DNA of 64,000 bases from Escherichia coli (GTDB lineage: Bacteria; Pseudomonadota; Gammaproteobacteria; Enterobacterales; Enterobacteriaceae). Shown here one piece after another: positions 32,479 to 44,404 of the stretch (position 1 is its first letter; every line of letters starts with the position of its first letter). The stretch is from assembly GCF_046105845.1 (NCBI RefSeq), contig NZ_CP151004.1; one strand, given 5' to 3'. Below the pieces are notes generated by a model that was given only the letters and a program-made list of their open reading frames with translations, searched no databases and had not been told where the DNA came from. The position numbers were made by a program, and so were the translations under genes.

Positions 32479-33147
32479 ATGATTCGCTTTGAACATGTCA
32501 GCAAGGCTTATCTCGGTGGGAGACAGGCGCTGCAGGGCGTTACGTTCCATATGCAGCCGGGTGAGATGGCGTTTCTGACCGGTCATTCCGGCGCAGGGAA
32601 AAGTACCCTCCTGAAGCTGATCTGTGGGATTGAGCGGCCCAGCGCCGGGAAAATCTGGTTTAGCGGCCATGACATCACGCGTCTGAAAAACCGTGAAGTT
32701 CCGTTTCTGCGCCGCCAGATTGGCATGATTTTCCAGGATCACCATCTCCTGATGGACCGTACTGTCTACGATAATGTGGCGATCCCGCTGATTATCGCCG
32801 GTGCCAGCGGTGACGATATTCGCCGCCGTGTATCCGCGGCACTGGATAAAGTCGGGCTACTGGACAAAGCGAAGAACTTCCCTATTCAGCTTTCGGGCGG
32901 TGAACAACAACGTGTTGGCATTGCCCGCGCGGTGGTGAACAAGCCCGCGGTACTGCTGGCGGACGAACCGACTGGTAACCTGGACGACGCGTTGTCGGAA
33001 GGCATTTTACGTCTGTTTGAAGAGTTTAACCGCGTTGGGGTAACCGTATTGATGGCAACGCACGACATCAACCTGATCTCGCGGCGTTCCTATCGCATGC
33101 TCACCCTGAGCGATGGTCACTTGCATGGAGGCGTGGGCCATGAATAA
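32479..33147 (+). CDS. ftsE: Cell division ABC ATPase FtsE
   Basis: 222-aa ABC ATPase ([17 protein letters not shown]). Confidence 0.96.
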   Translation: MIRFEHVSKAYLGGRQALQGVTFHMQPGEMAFLTGHSGAGKSTLLKLICGIERPSAGKIWFSGHDITRLKNREVPFLRRQIGMIFQDHHLLMDRTVYDNVAIPLIIAGASGDDIRRRVSAALDKVGLLDKAKNFPIQLSGGEQQRVGIARAVVNKPAVLLADEPTGNLDDALSEGILRLFEEFNRVGVTVLMATHDINLISRRSYRMLTLSDGHLHGGVGHE

Positions 33148-34198
33148 GCGCGATGCAATCAATCATATTCGGCAGTTTGGCGGGCGTCTGGATCGCTTCC
33201 GTAAATCGGTCGGCGGCTCAGGCGACGGCGGTCGTAACGCGCCAAAACGCGCGAAATCCTCGCCAAAACCGGTAAATCGCAAAACCAACGTTTTCAACGA
33301 ACAGGTGCGCTATGCCTTCCACGGCGCATTGCAAGATCTGAAAAGTAAACCGTTCGCCACGTTTTTAACGGTGATGGTTATCGCCATCTCTCTGACGCTG
33401 CCCAGCGTCTGTTATATGGTGTACAAAAACGTTAACCAGGCGGCGACGCAATATTATCCGTCACCGCAAATCACTGTTTATCTGCAAAAAACGCTGGACG
33501 ATGACGCTGCTGCGGGCGTGGTGGCACAGTTGCAGGCCGAGCAAGGCGTGGAGAAAGTGAATTATCTTTCTCGTGAAGACGCACTGGGTGAGTTCCGTAA
33601 CTGGTCTGGTTTTGGTGGTGCGCTGGATATGCTGGAAGAAAACCCGCTTCCGGCAGTGGCGGTGGTGATCCCGAAACTCGATTTTCAGGGGACGGAATCA
33701 CTCAATACGCTGCGTGATCGTATCACGCAGATTAACGGCGTTGACGAAGTGCGGATGGATGACAGCTGGTTTGCCCGTCTGGCGGCGTTGACCGGGCTGG
33801 TCGGGCGCGTTTCGGCGATGATCGGCGTGTTGATGGTGGCGGCAGTGTTCCTCGTCATCGGCAACAGTGTGCGTCTGAGCATCTTTGCTCGCCGTGACTC
33901 CATTAACGTGCAGAAACTGATTGGTGCGACGGATGGTTTCATCCTGCGCCCGTTCCTGTACGGAGGCGCATTGCTGGGATTTTCTGGCGCATTGCTGTCA
34001 TTAATTTTGTCAGAAATTCTGGTACTGCGTTTGTCATCGGCGGTTGCGGAAGTGGCACAGGTTTTCGGAACGAAGTTCGATATCAATGGCTTATCGTTCG
34101 ATGAATGCCTGCTATTGCTGCTGGTATGCTCGATGATTGGCTGGGTGGCAGCGTGGCTTGCCACGGTACAACATTTACGCCACTTTACGCCGGAATAA
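33140..34198 (+). CDS. ftsX: Cell division ABC permease-like protein FtsX
   Basis: Track ORF 33113..34198; start refined to ATG 33140 ([15 protein letters not shown]...), overlapping the ftsE stop. Confidence 0.93.
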   Translation: MNKRDAINHIRQFGGRLDRFRKSVGGSGDGGRNAPKRAKSSPKPVNRKTNVFNEQVRYAFHGALQDLKSKPFATFLTVMVIAISLTLPSVCYMVYKNVNQAATQYYPSPQITVYLQKTLDDDAAAGVVAQLQAEQGVEKVNYLSREDALGEFRNWSGFGGALDMLEENPLPAVAVVIPKLDFQGTESLNTLRDRITQINGVDEVRMDDSWFARLAALTGLVGRVSAMIGVLMVAAVFLVIGNSVRLSIFARRDSINVQKLIGATDGFILRPFLYGGALLGFSGALLSLILSEILVLRLSSAVAEVAQVFGTKFDINGLSFDECLLLLLVCSMIGWVAAWLATVQHLRHFTPE

Positions 34199-34213
34199 TA
34201 AAATCGTGTTATA

Positions 34214-34250
34214 CTCTTTCCCTGCAATGGGTTCCGTAGCAGGGAAAGAG
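34214..34250 (+). other. 12-bp perfect inverted repeat downstream of ftsX, within the rpoH upstream region
   Basis: CTCTTTCCCTGC-N13-GCAGGGAAAGAG read directly. Confidence 0.45.
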
Positions 34251-34322
34251 ACCCCGTTGTCTCTTCCCGGTATTTCATCTCTATGTCACATTTTGTGCGT
34301 AATTTATTCACAGCGTTGCATT

Positions 34323-34349
34323 GAACTTGTGGATAAAATCACGGTCTGA
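34323..34349 (+). promoter_or_regulatory. Sigma-E-type promoter of rpoH (GAACTT-N16-TCTGA)
   Basis: GAACTT at 34323-34328 and TCTGA at 34345-34349 with a 16-nt spacer, about 95 bp upstream of the rpoH ATG. Confidence 0.7.
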
Positions 34350-34442
34350 TAAAACAGTGAATGATAACCTCGTTGCTCTTAAGCTCTGGCACAGTTGTTG
34401 CTACCACTGAAGCGCCAGAAGATATCGATTGAGAGGATTTGA

Positions 34443-35297
34443 ATGACTGACAAAATGCAAAGTTTAGCTTTAGCCCCAGTTGGCAACCTGGATTCCTACA
34501 TCCGGGCAGCTAACGCGTGGCCGATGTTGTCGGCTGACGAGGAGCGGGCGCTGGCTGAAAAGCTGCATTACCATGGCGATCTGGAAGCAGCTAAAACGCT
34601 GATCCTGTCTCACCTGCGGTTTGTTGTTCATATTGCTCGTAATTATGCGGGCTATGGCCTGCCACAGGCGGATTTGATTCAGGAAGGTAACATCGGCCTG
34701 ATGAAAGCAGTGCGCCGTTTCAACCCGGAAGTGGGTGTGCGCCTGGTCTCCTTCGCCGTCCACTGGATCAAAGCAGAGATCCACGAATACGTTCTGCGTA
34801 ACTGGCGTATCGTCAAAGTTGCGACCACCAAAGCGCAGCGCAAACTGTTCTTCAACCTGCGTAAAACCAAGCAGCGTCTGGGCTGGTTTAATCAGGATGA
34901 AGTTGAAATGGTGGCCCGTGAACTGGGCGTAACCAGCAAAGACGTACGTGAGATGGAGTCGCGTATGGCGGCACAGGACATGACCTTTGACCTGTCTTCC
35001 GACGACGATTCCGACAGCCAGCCGATGGCTCCGGTGCTCTATCTGCAGGATAAATCATCTAACTTTGCTGACGGCATCGAAGATGATAACTGGGAAGAGC
35101 AGGCGGCAAACCGTCTGACCGACGCGATGCAAGGTCTGGACGAGCGTAGCCAGGATATCATCCGCGCGCGCTGGCTGGACGAAGACAACAAGTCCACGTT
35201 GCAGGAACTGGCTGACCGTTACGGTGTTTCCGCTGAGCGTGTGCGCCAGCTGGAAAAGAACGCGATGAAAAAACTTCGCGCTGCCATTGAAGCGTAA
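34443..35297 (+). CDS. rpoH: RNA polymerase heat-shock sigma factor sigma-32 (RpoH)
   Basis: 284-aa [46 protein letters not shown]...; sigma-70 family regions 2 and 4. Confidence 0.97.
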   Translation: MTDKMQSLALAPVGNLDSYIRAANAWPMLSADEERALAEKLHYHGDLEAAKTLILSHLRFVVHIARNYAGYGLPQADLIQEGNIGLMKAVRRFNPEVGVRLVSFAVHWIKAEIHEYVLRNWRIVKVATTKAQRKLFFNLRKTKQRLGWFNQDEVEMVARELGVTSKDVREMESRMAAQDMTFDLSSDDDSDSQPMAPVLYLQDKSSNFADGIEDDNWEEQAANRLTDAMQGLDERSQDIIRARWLDEDNKSTLQELADRYGVSAERVRQLEKNAMKKLRAAIEA

Positions 35298-35316
35298 TTT
35301 CCGCTACTCAGCAGAG

Positions 35317-35351
35317 AACCCTGGATGAGAATCCGGGGTTTTTGTTTTTTG
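35317..35351 (+). terminator. rpoH rho-independent terminator
   Basis: AACCCTGGAT-GAGA-ATCCGGGGTT hairpin followed by TTTTGTTTTTT. Confidence 0.8.
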
Positions 35352-35568
35352 GACCTCTGCAATAATCAGTTTCCCCCTCCGGCAAAACGCCAATCCCCAC
35401 GCAGATTGTTAATAAACTGTCAAAATAGCTATTCCAATATCATAAAAATGGGGTATGTTTTAGCAGAGTATGCTGCTAAAGCACGGGTAGTCATGCATAA
35501 AACGAAATAAAGTGCTGAATCACAACACCACAACACACGTAATAACCAGAAGAATGGGGATTCTCAGG

Positions 35569-36672
35569 ATGAATATAAAGGGTAAAGCGTTACTGGCAGG
35601 ATGTATCGCGCTGGCATTCAGCAATATGGCTCTGGCAGAAGATATTAAAGTCGCGGTCGTGGGCGCGATGTCTGGTCCGGTGGCCCAGTACGGTGACCAG
35701 GAGTTCACTGGCGCAGAGCAGGCAGTAGCGGATATCAATGCTAAAGGCGGCATTAAAGGCAACAAACTGCAAATCGTAAAATATGACGATGCCTGTGACC
35801 CGAAACAGGCGGTTGCGGTGGCGAACAAAGTCGTTAACGACGGCATTAAATATGTGATTGGTCACCTCTGTTCTTCATCAACGCAGCCAGCGTCAGACAT
35901 CTATGAAGATGAAGGCATTTTAATGATCACCCCAGCGGCAACCGCGCCGGAGCTGACCGCCCGTGGCTATCAGCTGATCCTGCGCACTACCGGCCTGGAC
36001 TCCGACCAGGGGCCGACGGCGGCGAAATATATTCTTGAGAAAGTGAAACCGCAGCGTATTGCTATCGTCCACGACAAACAGCAGTACGGCGAAGGTCTGG
36101 CGCGTGCGGTGCAGGACGGCCTGAAGAAAGGCAATGCTAACGTGGTGTTCTTTGATGGTATCACCGCTGGGGAAAAAGATTTCTCAACGCTGGTGGCGCG
36201 TCTGAAAAAAGAGAATATCGACTTCGTTTACTACGGCGGTTATCACCCGGAAATGGGGCAAATCCTGCGTCAGGCACGCGCGGCAGGGCTGAAAACTCAG
36301 TTTATGGGGCCGGAAGGCGTGGCTAACGTCTCGCTGTCTAACATTGCGGGTGAATCAGCGGAAGGACTGCTGGTGACCAAGCCGAAGAACTACGATCAGG
36401 TTCCGGCGAACAAACCCATTGTTGATGCGATCAAAGCGAAAAAACAGGACCCAAGCGGCGCATTCGTTTGGACCACCTACGCCGCGCTGCAATCTTTGCA
36501 GGCGGGCCTGAATCAGTCTGACGATCCGGCAGAAATCGCCAAATACCTGAAAGCGAACTCCGTGGATACCGTGATGGGACCGCTGACCTGGGATGAGAAA
36601 GGCGATCTGAAAGGCTTTGAGTTCGGCGTATTTGACTGGCACGCCAACGGCACGGCGACCGATGCGAAGTAA
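35569..36672 (+). CDS. livJ: Leu/Ile/Val periplasmic binding protein LivJ
   Basis: Track ORF 35512..36672; start refined to ATG 35569 ([32 protein letters not shown]); highly similar to the livK product in this window. Confidence 0.93.
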   Translation: MNIKGKALLAGCIALAFSNMALAEDIKVAVVGAMSGPVAQYGDQEFTGAEQAVADINAKGGIKGNKLQIVKYDDACDPKQAVAVANKVVNDGIKYVIGHLCSSSTQPASDIYEDEGILMITPAATAPELTARGYQLILRTTGLDSDQGPTAAKYILEKVKPQRIAIVHDKQQYGEGLARAVQDGLKKGNANVVFFDGITAGEKDFSTLVARLKKENIDFVYYGGYHPEMGQILRQARAAGLKTQFMGPEGVANVSLSNIAGESAEGLLVTKPKNYDQVPANKPIVDAIKAKKQDPSGAFVWTTYAALQSLQAGLNQSDDPAEIAKYLKANSVDTVMGPLTWDEKGDLKGFEFGVFDWHANGTATDAK

Positions 36673-36731
36673 TCATTAATCGGCAACTTTGGGTTGCCGC
36701 CAAATTGCTAATATCGAGTACGTTGCTTCAT

Positions 36732-36831
<100 letters not shown>

Positions 36832-36871
36832 ATTTCTCGTTGGTCATCACTTTTGAAATCAAACTTGACGA

Positions 36872-37255
36872 TTAACGCTTCTCCCAGCCGCCCTTTTGTG
36901 CCGTAAACCCCAATGCCTGCATAAACGTCGCCATCACGCCGCGATCTTCCACGCCAGCATCCGCCATCCACCAGCATGAAACGCCAGGATTGTTACGCAA
37001 AACCTCTTCCAGCAGATATTGCCCCACACCGCGACGGCGGGTGACTTCCCGCACGCGCAGGGAATCCAGTGCGCCCTCCGTGCCGCTTAAGGTTACCCGC
37101 ACGGCCGCGAGCAGGCGCTCGTTAAAACGCGCGGCGTAGATACGGTGGTTATCGTCAACCTGTAACGAGGAAGGGGAATACTCCGGCCAGATCTTTTGCA
37201 GGTCAATCCGGTCCTGGTCGCTAAAGTTTTCTAATCGAATGATGGTCAGCTTCAT
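36872..37255 (-). CDS. panZ: PanD maturation factor PanZ/PanM (GNAT fold; formerly YhhK)
   Basis: 127-aa ORF MKLTIIRLENFSDQDRIDLQKIWPEY...; located between livJ and livK. Confidence 0.88.
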   Translation of the reverse strand: MKLTIIRLENFSDQDRIDLQKIWPEYSPSSLQVDDNHRIYAARFNERLLAAVRVTLSGTEGALDSLRVREVTRRRGVGQYLLEEVLRNNPGVSCWWMADAGVEDRGVMATFMQALGFTAQKGGWEKR

Positions 37256-37678
37256 GGGGAACCCGTGTAAATCACAAAAGTGGAACCAGTGTAGCGAAAT
37301 AATTTAATCGGAGGCTTTCTCTTTTTTATTTCTTTTGGCAGGTGATTAATTTTTTTTCAGCAATAATTACAAAGTTAAAACATTAGAGAATGAAAAATAC
37401 CCAGCATAATCCCCTGAATGGTAGTGAATTATTCCGCTCTTTTTGCCGTTATTTTATGCTGACAACGGCACTTTTTTCTGTTTATCTATCAATAAATTCA
37501 GAATATTATCTGTTCTTAATCGACTGAAAAATAGGGATTTTAATCGCTATTATCACAAAATACTGCGCTAAACCCTTAATCAGACAGGCAAAAACAGTGC
37601 AGTATAAAAAAAGAACAGTCTGATTTGTTAACACATAAAAACAAAGCAACACAACATCACGAATGGGGATTTTTGACT

Positions 37679-38788
37679 ATGAAACGGAATGCGAAACCTA
37701 TCATCGCAGGGATGATTGCACTGGCAATTTCACACACCGCTATGGCTGACGATATTAAAGTCGCCGTTGTCGGCGCGATGTCCGGCCCGATTGCCCAGTG
37801 GGGCGATATGGAATTTAACGGCGCGCGTCAGGCGATTAAAGACATTAATGCCAAAGGGGGAATTAAAGGCGATAAGCTGGTGGGCGTGGAATATGACGAC
37901 GCCTGCGACCCGAAACAAGCCGTTGCGGTCGCCAACAAAATCGTTAACGACGGCATTAAATACGTTATTGGGCACTTGTGTTCCTCCTCTACCCAACCTG
38001 CATCAGATATCTACGAAGACGAAGGTATTCTGATGATCTCGCCGGGTGCGACCAACCCGGAGCTGACCCAACGCGGTTATCAATACATCATGCGTACTGC
38101 CGGGCTGGACTCCTCCCAGGGGCCAACGGCGGCAAAATACATTCTTGAGACGGTGAAGCCCCAGCGCATCGCCATCATTCACGACAAACAACAGTATGGC
38201 GAAGGGCTGGCACGTTCGGTGCAGGACGGGCTGAAAGCGGCTAACGCCAACGTTGTCTTCTTCGACGGTATTACCGCGGGTGAGAAAGATTTCTCCGCGC
38301 TGATCGCCCGCCTGAAAAAAGAAAATATCGACTTCGTTTACTACGGCGGTTACTACCCGGAAATGGGGCAGATGCTGCGCCAGGCCCGTTCTGTCGGCCT
38401 GAAAACCCAATTTATGGGGCCGGAAGGTGTGGGTAATGCGTCGCTGTCGAACATTGCTGGCGATGCTGCCGAAGGCATGTTGGTCACCATGCCAAAACGC
38501 TATGACCAGGACCCGGCAAACAAAGGCATCGTTGATGCGCTGAAAGCAGACAAGAAAGATCCATCCGGGCCATATGTCTGGATCACCTACGCGGCGGTGC
38601 AATCTCTGGCAACTGCCCTTGAGCGTACCGGCAGCGATGAGCCGCTGGCGCTGGTGAAAGATTTAAAAGCTAACGGTGCAAATACCGTGATTGGGCCGCT
38701 GAACTGGGATGAAAAAGGCGATCTTAAGGGATTTGATTTTGGTGTCTTCCAGTGGCACGCCGACGGTTCATCCACGGCAGCCAAGTGA
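37679..38788 (+). CDS. livK: Leucine-specific periplasmic binding protein LivK
   Basis: Track ORF 37625..38788; start refined to ATG 37679 ([32 protein letters not shown]). Confidence 0.93.
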   Translation: MKRNAKPIIAGMIALAISHTAMADDIKVAVVGAMSGPIAQWGDMEFNGARQAIKDINAKGGIKGDKLVGVEYDDACDPKQAVAVANKIVNDGIKYVIGHLCSSSTQPASDIYEDEGILMISPGATNPELTQRGYQYIMRTAGLDSSQGPTAAKYILETVKPQRIAIIHDKQQYGEGLARSVQDGLKAANANVVFFDGITAGEKDFSALIARLKKENIDFVYYGGYYPEMGQMLRQARSVGLKTQFMGPEGVGNASLSNIAGDAAEGMLVTMPKRYDQDPANKGIVDALKADKKDPSGPYVWITYAAVQSLATALERTGSDEPLALVKDLKANGANTVIGPLNWDEKGDLKGFDFGVFQWHADGSSTAAK

Positions 38789-38796
38789 TCATCCCA

Positions 38797-38822
38797 CCGC
38801 CCGTGAAAAACGGGCGGGTTTA
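38797..38822 (+). terminator. Hairpin plus short U-tract between livK and livHMGF; likely partial terminator
   Basis: CCGCCCG-TGAAAAA-CGGGCGG followed by GTTTA, 9 bp after the livK stop. Confidence 0.5.
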
Positions 38823-38835
38823 GAAAGGTTACCTT

Positions 38836-39762
38836 ATGTCTGAGCAGTTTTTGTATTTCTTGCAGCAGATGTTTAACGGCGTCACGCTGGGCAGTACCTA
38901 CGCGCTGATAGCCATCGGCTACACCATGGTTTACGGCATTATCGGCATGATCAACTTCGCCCACGGCGAGGTTTATATGATTGGCAGCTATGTCTCATTT
39001 ATGATCATCGCCGCGCTGATGATGATGGGCATTGATACCGGCTGGCTACTGGTGGCGGCTGGATTCGTCGGCGCAATCGTCATTGCCAGCGCCTACGGCT
39101 GGAGTATCGAACGGGTAGCCTATCGCCCGGTGCGTAACTCTAAGCGCCTGATTGCACTCATCTCTGCAATCGGTATGTCCATCTTCCTGCAAAACTACGT
39201 CAGCCTGACCGAAGGTTCGCGCGACGTGGCGCTGCCGAGCCTGTTTAACGGTCAGTGGGTGGTGGGCCATAGCGAAAACTTCTCTGCCTCTATTACTACC
39301 ATGCAGGCGGTGATCTGGATTGTCACCTTCCTCGCCATGCTGGCGCTGACGATTTTCATTCGCTATTCCCGTATGGGGCGCGCCTGTCGTGCTTGCGCGG
39401 AAGATCTGAAAATGGCGAGTCTGCTTGGCATTAACACCGACCGGGTGATTGCGCTGACCTTTGTGATTGGCGCGGCGATGGCGGCGGTGGCGGGCGTGCT
39501 GCTCGGTCAGTTCTACGGCGTAATTAACCCCTACATCGGCTTTATGGCCGGGATGAAAGCCTTTACTGCTGCGGTGCTCGGTGGGATTGGCAGCATTCCG
39601 GGAGCGATGATTGGCGGCCTGATTCTGGGGATTGCGGAGGCGCTCTCTTCTGCCTATCTGAGTACGGAATATAAAGATGTGGTCTCATTCGCCCTGCTGA
39701 TTCTGGTGTTGCTGGTGATGCCGACCGGTATTCTGGGTCGCCCGGAGGTAGAGAAAGTATGA
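38836..39762 (+). CDS. livH: Branched-chain amino acid ABC permease LivH
   Basis: 308-aa multi-TM ORF; first permease of livHMGF. Confidence 0.95.
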   Translation: MSEQFLYFLQQMFNGVTLGSTYALIAIGYTMVYGIIGMINFAHGEVYMIGSYVSFMIIAALMMMGIDTGWLLVAAGFVGAIVIASAYGWSIERVAYRPVRNSKRLIALISAIGMSIFLQNYVSLTEGSRDVALPSLFNGQWVVGHSENFSASITTMQAVIWIVTFLAMLALTIFIRYSRMGRACRACAEDLKMASLLGINTDRVIALTFVIGAAMAAVAGVLLGQFYGVINPYIGFMAGMKAFTAAVLGGIGSIPGAMIGGLILGIAEALSSAYLSTEYKDVVSFALLILVLLVMPTGILGRPEVEKV

Positions 39763-41036
39763 AACCGATGCATATTGCAATGGCGCTGCTCTCTGCCGCT
39801 ATGTTCTTTGTGCTGGCGGGCGTCTTTATGGGCGTGCAACTGGAGCTGGATGGCACCAAACTGGTGGTCGACACGGCTTCAGACATCCGTTGGCAGTGGG
39901 TGTTTATCGGCACGGCGGTGGTCTTTTTCTTCCAGCTTTTGCGACCGGCTTTCCAGAAAGGGCTAAAAAGCGTTTCCGGGCCGAAGTTTATTCTGCCCGC
40001 GATTGATGGCTCCACGGTGAAGCAGAAACTCTTCCTCGTGGCGCTGCTGGTGCTTGCGGTGGCGTGGCCGTTTATGGTCTCACGCGGAACGGTGGATATC
40101 GCCACCCTGACCATGATCTACATTATCCTCGGCCTCGGGCTGAACGTGGTGGTAGGGCTTTCCGGCCTGCTGGTGCTGGGGTACGGTGGCTTTTACGCCA
40201 TCGGCGCTTACACCTTTGCGCTGCTCAATCACTATTACGGTCTGGGGTTCTGGACCTGTCTGCCTATTGCCGGGTTAATGGCAGCGGCGGCGGGCTTCCT
40301 GCTCGGCTTCCCGGTGTTGCGTTTACGTGGCGACTATCTGGCGATCGTTACCCTCGGTTTCGGCGAAATTGTGCGCATATTGCTGCTCAATAACACTGAA
40401 ATCACCGGCGGCCCGAACGGAATCAGTCAGATCCCGAAACCGACGCTCTTCGGACTCGAGTTCAGCCGTACCGCCCGTGAAGGCGGCTGGGATACGTTCA
40501 GTAATTTCTTTGGCCTGAAATACGATCCCTCCGATCGTGTCATCTTCCTCTACCTGGTGGCGTTGCTGCTGGTGGTGCTAAGCCTGTTTGTCATTAACCG
40601 CCTGCTGCGGATGCCGCTGGGGCGTGCGTGGGAAGCGTTGCGTGAAGACGAGATCGCCTGCCGTTCGCTGGGTTTAAGCCCGCGTCGTATCAAGCTGACC
40701 GCTTTTACCATCAGTGCCGCGTTTGCCGGTTTTGCCGGAACGCTGTTTGCTGCGCGCCAGGGCTTTGTCAGCCCGGAATCCTTCACCTTTGCTGAATCGG
40801 CGTTTGTACTGGCGATAGTGGTGCTCGGCGGTATGGGATCGCAGTTTGCGGTGATTCTGGCGGCTGTTCTGCTGGTGGTGTCGCGCGAATTGATGCGTGA
40901 TTTCAACGAATACAGCATGTTAATGCTCGGTGGTTTGATGGTGCTGATGATGATCTGGCGTCCGCAGGGCTTGCTGCCCATGACGCGCCCGCAACTCAAG
41001 CTGAAAAACGGCGCAGCGAAAGGAGAGCAGGCATGA
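39759..41036 (+). CDS. livM: Branched-chain amino acid ABC permease LivM
   Basis: 425-aa multi-TM ORF; 4-bp overlaps with livH and livG. Confidence 0.95.
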   Translation: MKPMHIAMALLSAAMFFVLAGVFMGVQLELDGTKLVVDTASDIRWQWVFIGTAVVFFFQLLRPAFQKGLKSVSGPKFILPAIDGSTVKQKLFLVALLVLAVAWPFMVSRGTVDIATLTMIYIILGLGLNVVVGLSGLLVLGYGGFYAIGAYTFALLNHYYGLGFWTCLPIAGLMAAAAGFLLGFPVLRLRGDYLAIVTLGFGEIVRILLLNNTEITGGPNGISQIPKPTLFGLEFSRTAREGGWDTFSNFFGLKYDPSDRVIFLYLVALLLVVLSLFVINRLLRMPLGRAWEALREDEIACRSLGLSPRRIKLTAFTISAAFAGFAGTLFAARQGFVSPESFTFAESAFVLAIVVLGGMGSQFAVILAAVLLVVSRELMRDFNEYSMLMLGGLMVLMMIWRPQGLLPMTRPQLKLKNGAAKGEQA

Positions 41037-41800
41037 GTCAGCCATTATTATCTGTTAACGGCCTGATGATGCGCTTCGGCGGCCTGCTGGCGGTGAACAA
41101 CGTCAATCTTGAACTGTACCCGCAGGAGATCGTCTCGTTAATCGGCCCTAACGGTGCCGGAAAAACCACGGTCTTCAACTGCCTGACCGGATTCTACAAA
41201 CCTACCGGCGGCACCATTTTACTGCGCGATCAGCATCTGGAAGGTTTGCCGGGGCAGCAAATTGCCCGCATGGGCGTGGTGCGTACCTTCCAGCATGTGC
41301 GTCTGTTCCGTGAAATGACGGTGATTGAAAACCTGCTGGTGGCGCAGCATCAGCAACTGAAAACCGGGCTGTTCTCTGGCCTGTTGAAAACGCCTTCTTT
41401 CCGTCGCGCCCAGAGCGAAGCGCTCGACCGCGCCGCTACCTGGCTTGAGCGCATTGGTTTGCTGGAACATGCCAACCGTCAGGCGAGTAACCTGGCCTAT
41501 GGTGACCAGCGCCGTCTTGAGATTGCCCGCTGCATGGTGACGCAGCCGGAGATTTTAATGCTCGACGAACCGGCAGCAGGTCTTAACCCGAAAGAGACGA
41601 AAGAGCTGGATGAGCTGATTGCCGAACTGCGTAACCATCACAACACCACTATCTTGTTGATTGAACACGATATGAAGCTGGTGATGGGGATTTCAGACAG
41701 AATTTACGTGGTCAATCAGGGGACGCCGCTGGCAAACGGTACGCCGGAGCAGATCCGTAATAACCCGGACGTGATCCGTGCCTATTTAGGTGAGGCATAA
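41033..41800 (+). CDS. livG: Branched-chain amino acid ABC ATPase LivG
   Basis: 255-aa ABC ATPase (GPNGAGKTT). Confidence 0.95.
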   Translation: MSQPLLSVNGLMMRFGGLLAVNNVNLELYPQEIVSLIGPNGAGKTTVFNCLTGFYKPTGGTILLRDQHLEGLPGQQIARMGVVRTFQHVRLFREMTVIENLLVAQHQQLKTGLFSGLLKTPSFRRAQSEALDRAATWLERIGLLEHANRQASNLAYGDQRRLEIARCMVTQPEILMLDEPAAGLNPKETKELDELIAELRNHHNTTILLIEHDMKLVMGISDRIYVVNQGTPLANGTPEQIRNNPDVIRAYLGEA

Positions 41801-41801
41801 G

Positions 41802-42515
41802 ATGGAAAAAGTCATGTTGTCCTTTGACAAAGTCAGCGCCCACTACGGCAAAATCCAGGCGCTGCATGAGGTGAGCCTGCATATCAATCAGGGCGAGATT
41901 GTCACCCTGATTGGCGCGAACGGGGCGGGGAAAACCACCTTGCTCGGCACGTTATGCGGCGACCCACGCGCCACCAGCGGGCGAATTGTGTTTGATGATA
42001 AAGACATTACCGACTGGCAGACGGCGAAAATCATGCGCGAAGCGGTAGCGATTGTCCCGGAAGGGCGTCGCGTCTTCTCGCGCATGACGGTGGAAGAGAA
42101 TCTGGCGATGGGCGGCTTTTTTGCTGAACGCGACCAGTTCCAGGAGCGCATAAAGTGGGTGTATGAACTGTTTCCGCGTCTCCATGAACGCCGTGTTCAG
42201 CGGGCGGGAACCATGTCCGGCGGTGAGCAGCAGATGCTGGCGATTGGGCGCGCGCTGATGAGCAATCCGCGTTTATTGTTGCTTGATGAGCCATCGCTCG
42301 GTCTTGCGCCGATTATCATCCAGCAGATTTTCGACACCATCGAGCAGCTGCGCGAGCAGGGGATGACCATCTTCCTCGTCGAGCAGAACGCCAACCAGGC
42401 GCTGAAGCTCGCTGATCGCGGCTACGTGCTGGAAAACGGTCATGTGGTGCTCTCCGATACCGGCGATGCGCTGCTGGCAAACGAAGCGGTGAGAAGTGCG
42501 TATTTAGGCGGGTAA
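41802..42515 (+). CDS. livF: Branched-chain amino acid ABC ATPase LivF
   Basis: Track ORF 41790..42515; start refined to ATG 41802 (MEKVMLSFDKVSAHYGKIQAL...); ABC ATPase (GANGAGKTT). Confidence 0.93.
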   Translation: MEKVMLSFDKVSAHYGKIQALHEVSLHINQGEIVTLIGANGAGKTTLLGTLCGDPRATSGRIVFDDKDITDWQTAKIMREAVAIVPEGRRVFSRMTVEENLAMGGFFAERDQFQERIKWVYELFPRLHERRVQRAGTMSGGEQQMLAIGRALMSNPRLLLLDEPSLGLAPIIIQQIFDTIEQLREQGMTIFLVEQNANQALKLADRGYVLENGHVVLSDTGDALLANEAVRSAYLGG

Positions 42516-42575
42516 TAACACGTTGATTGATAAGGAGTCAAAAGACTCCTTTGAGACAGGTTACAAATGTAAAAT

Positions 42576-42676
42576 TGCCTGATGCGCTGCGCTTATCAGG
42601 CCTACTGGATGAGTTGCAATATATTGAATTTGCACGATCTTGTAGGCCGGATAAGGCATTTACGCCGCATCCGGCA
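42576..42676. repeat. REP elements downstream of livF
   Basis: TGCCTGATGCGCTGCGCTTATCAGGCCTAC and inverted TGTAGGCCGGATAAGGCATTTACGCCGCATCCGGCA. Confidence 0.9.
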
Positions 42677-42912
42677 TGAAACGATGAGCAATCTGTAGAG
42701 TTTGATTCAGACCTTCTATTTTTCCCGCTTATCCGTGCCCCATCTCCCATTTTCCCTCACCCGTACCGTCACCGCCTTGTCATCTTTCTGACACCTTACT
42801 ATCTTACAAATGTAACAAAAAGGTTATTTTTCTGTAATTCGAGCATGTCATGTTACCCCGCGAGCATAAAACGCGTGAATTCGCGCATTCGGTACAACAA
42901 GAGAGATAAACG

Positions 42913-44229
42913 ATGAAACCGTTACATTATACAGCTTCAGCACTGGCGCTCGGACTGGCGTTAATGGGGAATGCACAGGCAGTGACGACCATTCCGTTCT
43001 GGCATTCTATGGAAGGGGAACTGGGTAAAGAGGTGGATTCTCTTGCCCAACGTTTTAACGCCGAAAACCCGGATTACAAAATTGTACCGACCTATAAAGG
43101 CAACTACGAACAGAATTTAAGCGCGGGGATTGCCGCATTTCGTACCGGCAACGCTCCGGCTATTTTGCAGGTTTATGAAGTTGGCACCGCCACCATGATG
43201 GCGTCGAAAGCCATTAAACCGGTATATGACGTGTTTAAAGAGGCGGGGATTCAGTTCGATGAGTCGCAGTTTGTGCCGACGGTTTCAGGCTACTACTCCG
43301 ACAGCAAAACCGGCCACTTACTCTCCCAGCCGTTCAATAGCTCGACTCCTGTTCTCTATTACAACAAAGACGCCTTCAAGAAAGCGGGGTTAGACCCGGA
43401 ACAGCCGCCGAAAACTTGGCAGGATCTGGCGGACTATGCCGCAAAACTGAAAGCCTCCGGCATGAAGTGCGGCTACGCCAGCGGCTGGCAGGGCTGGATC
43501 CAACTGGAAAACTTTAGCGCCTGGAACGGTCTGCCGTTTGCCAGCAAAAACAACGGCTTTGACGGCACGGACGCGGTGCTGGAGTTCAACAAGCCGGAGC
43601 AGGTGAAACACATCGCCATGCTCGAAGAGATGAACAAGAAGGGCGACTTCAGCTACGTCGGTCGTAAGGATGAATCCACCGAGAAGTTCTATAACGGTGA
43701 TTGCGCGATGACCACCGCCTCTTCTGGTTCTCTTGCCAATATTCGTGAGTACGCCAAATTTAACTACGGCGTAGGCATGATGCCTTACGACGCTGACGCG
43801 AAAGATGCGCCACAAAACGCCATTATCGGCGGAGCCAGCCTGTGGGTAATGCAGGGTAAAGATAAAGAAACTTATACGGGTGTGGCGAAGTTCCTCGACT
43901 TCCTCGCGAAGCCAGAAAACGCTGCCGAGTGGCATCAGAAAACTGGTTATCTGCCAATCACCAAAGCGGCGTATGACCTGACCCGTGAGCAAGGCTTTTA
44001 TGAGAAAAACCCAGGTGCGGATACCGCGACGCGTCAGATGCTGAATAAGCCGCCGTTACCGTTCACCAAAGGGCTGCGTCTGGGCAACATGCCGCAGATC
44101 CGCGTGATTGTGGATGAAGAGCTGGAGAGCGTGTGGACCGGTAAGAAGACACCACAGCAGGCACTGGATACCGCCGTTGAGCGTGGGAACCAGTTACTGC
44201 GCCGCTTTGAGCAGTCTACGAAGTCTTAA
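42913..44229 (+). CDS. ugpB: sn-glycerol-3-phosphate periplasmic binding protein UgpB
   Basis: 438-aa ORF with signal peptide [23 protein letters not shown]. Confidence 0.95.
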   Translation: MKPLHYTASALALGLALMGNAQAVTTIPFWHSMEGELGKEVDSLAQRFNAENPDYKIVPTYKGNYEQNLSAGIAAFRTGNAPAILQVYEVGTATMMASKAIKPVYDVFKEAGIQFDESQFVPTVSGYYSDSKTGHLLSQPFNSSTPVLYYNKDAFKKAGLDPEQPPKTWQDLADYAAKLKASGMKCGYASGWQGWIQLENFSAWNGLPFASKNNGFDGTDAVLEFNKPEQVKHIAMLEEMNKKGDFSYVGRKDESTEKFYNGDCAMTTASSGSLANIREYAKFNYGVGMMPYDADAKDAPQNAIIGGASLWVMQGKDKETYTGVAKFLDFLAKPENAAEWHQKTGYLPITKAAYDLTREQGFYEKNPGADTATRQMLNKPPLPFTKGLRLGNMPQIRVIVDEELESVWTGKKTPQQALDTAVERGNQLLRRFEQSTKS

Positions 44230-44237
44230 TTCTCTTA

Positions 44238-44381
44238 CCCTCACCCTAACCCTCTCCCAAAGGGAGAGGGGACCGATCGGCGTGGTATCCAGGTGCCGTG
44301 TCGGTTTGCAACTTCGCTCGGTGGGAAAGTATGCACCGCCTTTCTCCCTCGCCCCTCTGGGGAGAGGGCCGGGGTGAGGGG
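44238..44381. repeat. Pair of inverted GC-rich repeats (CCCTCACCCTAACCCTCTCCC ... GGAGAGGGCCGGGGTGAGGGG) in the ugpB-ugpA intergenic region
   Basis: Two oppositely oriented copies ~100 bp apart, each with its own short hairpin (CCCTCTCCC-AAA-GGGAGAGGG; CCCTCT-GGGG-AGAGGG). Confidence 0.65.
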
Positions 44382-44404
44382 ATCACAACACGAAGAGTTT
44401 AACT

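Noticed and set aside
42832-42851. Pho-box-like CTGTAAT...TGTCAT upstream of ugpB
   Set aside because: The two heptamers do not align with the 11-bp periodicity of the PhoB consensus as read by eye; a true pho box may be present but cannot be placed confidently without a PWM scan.
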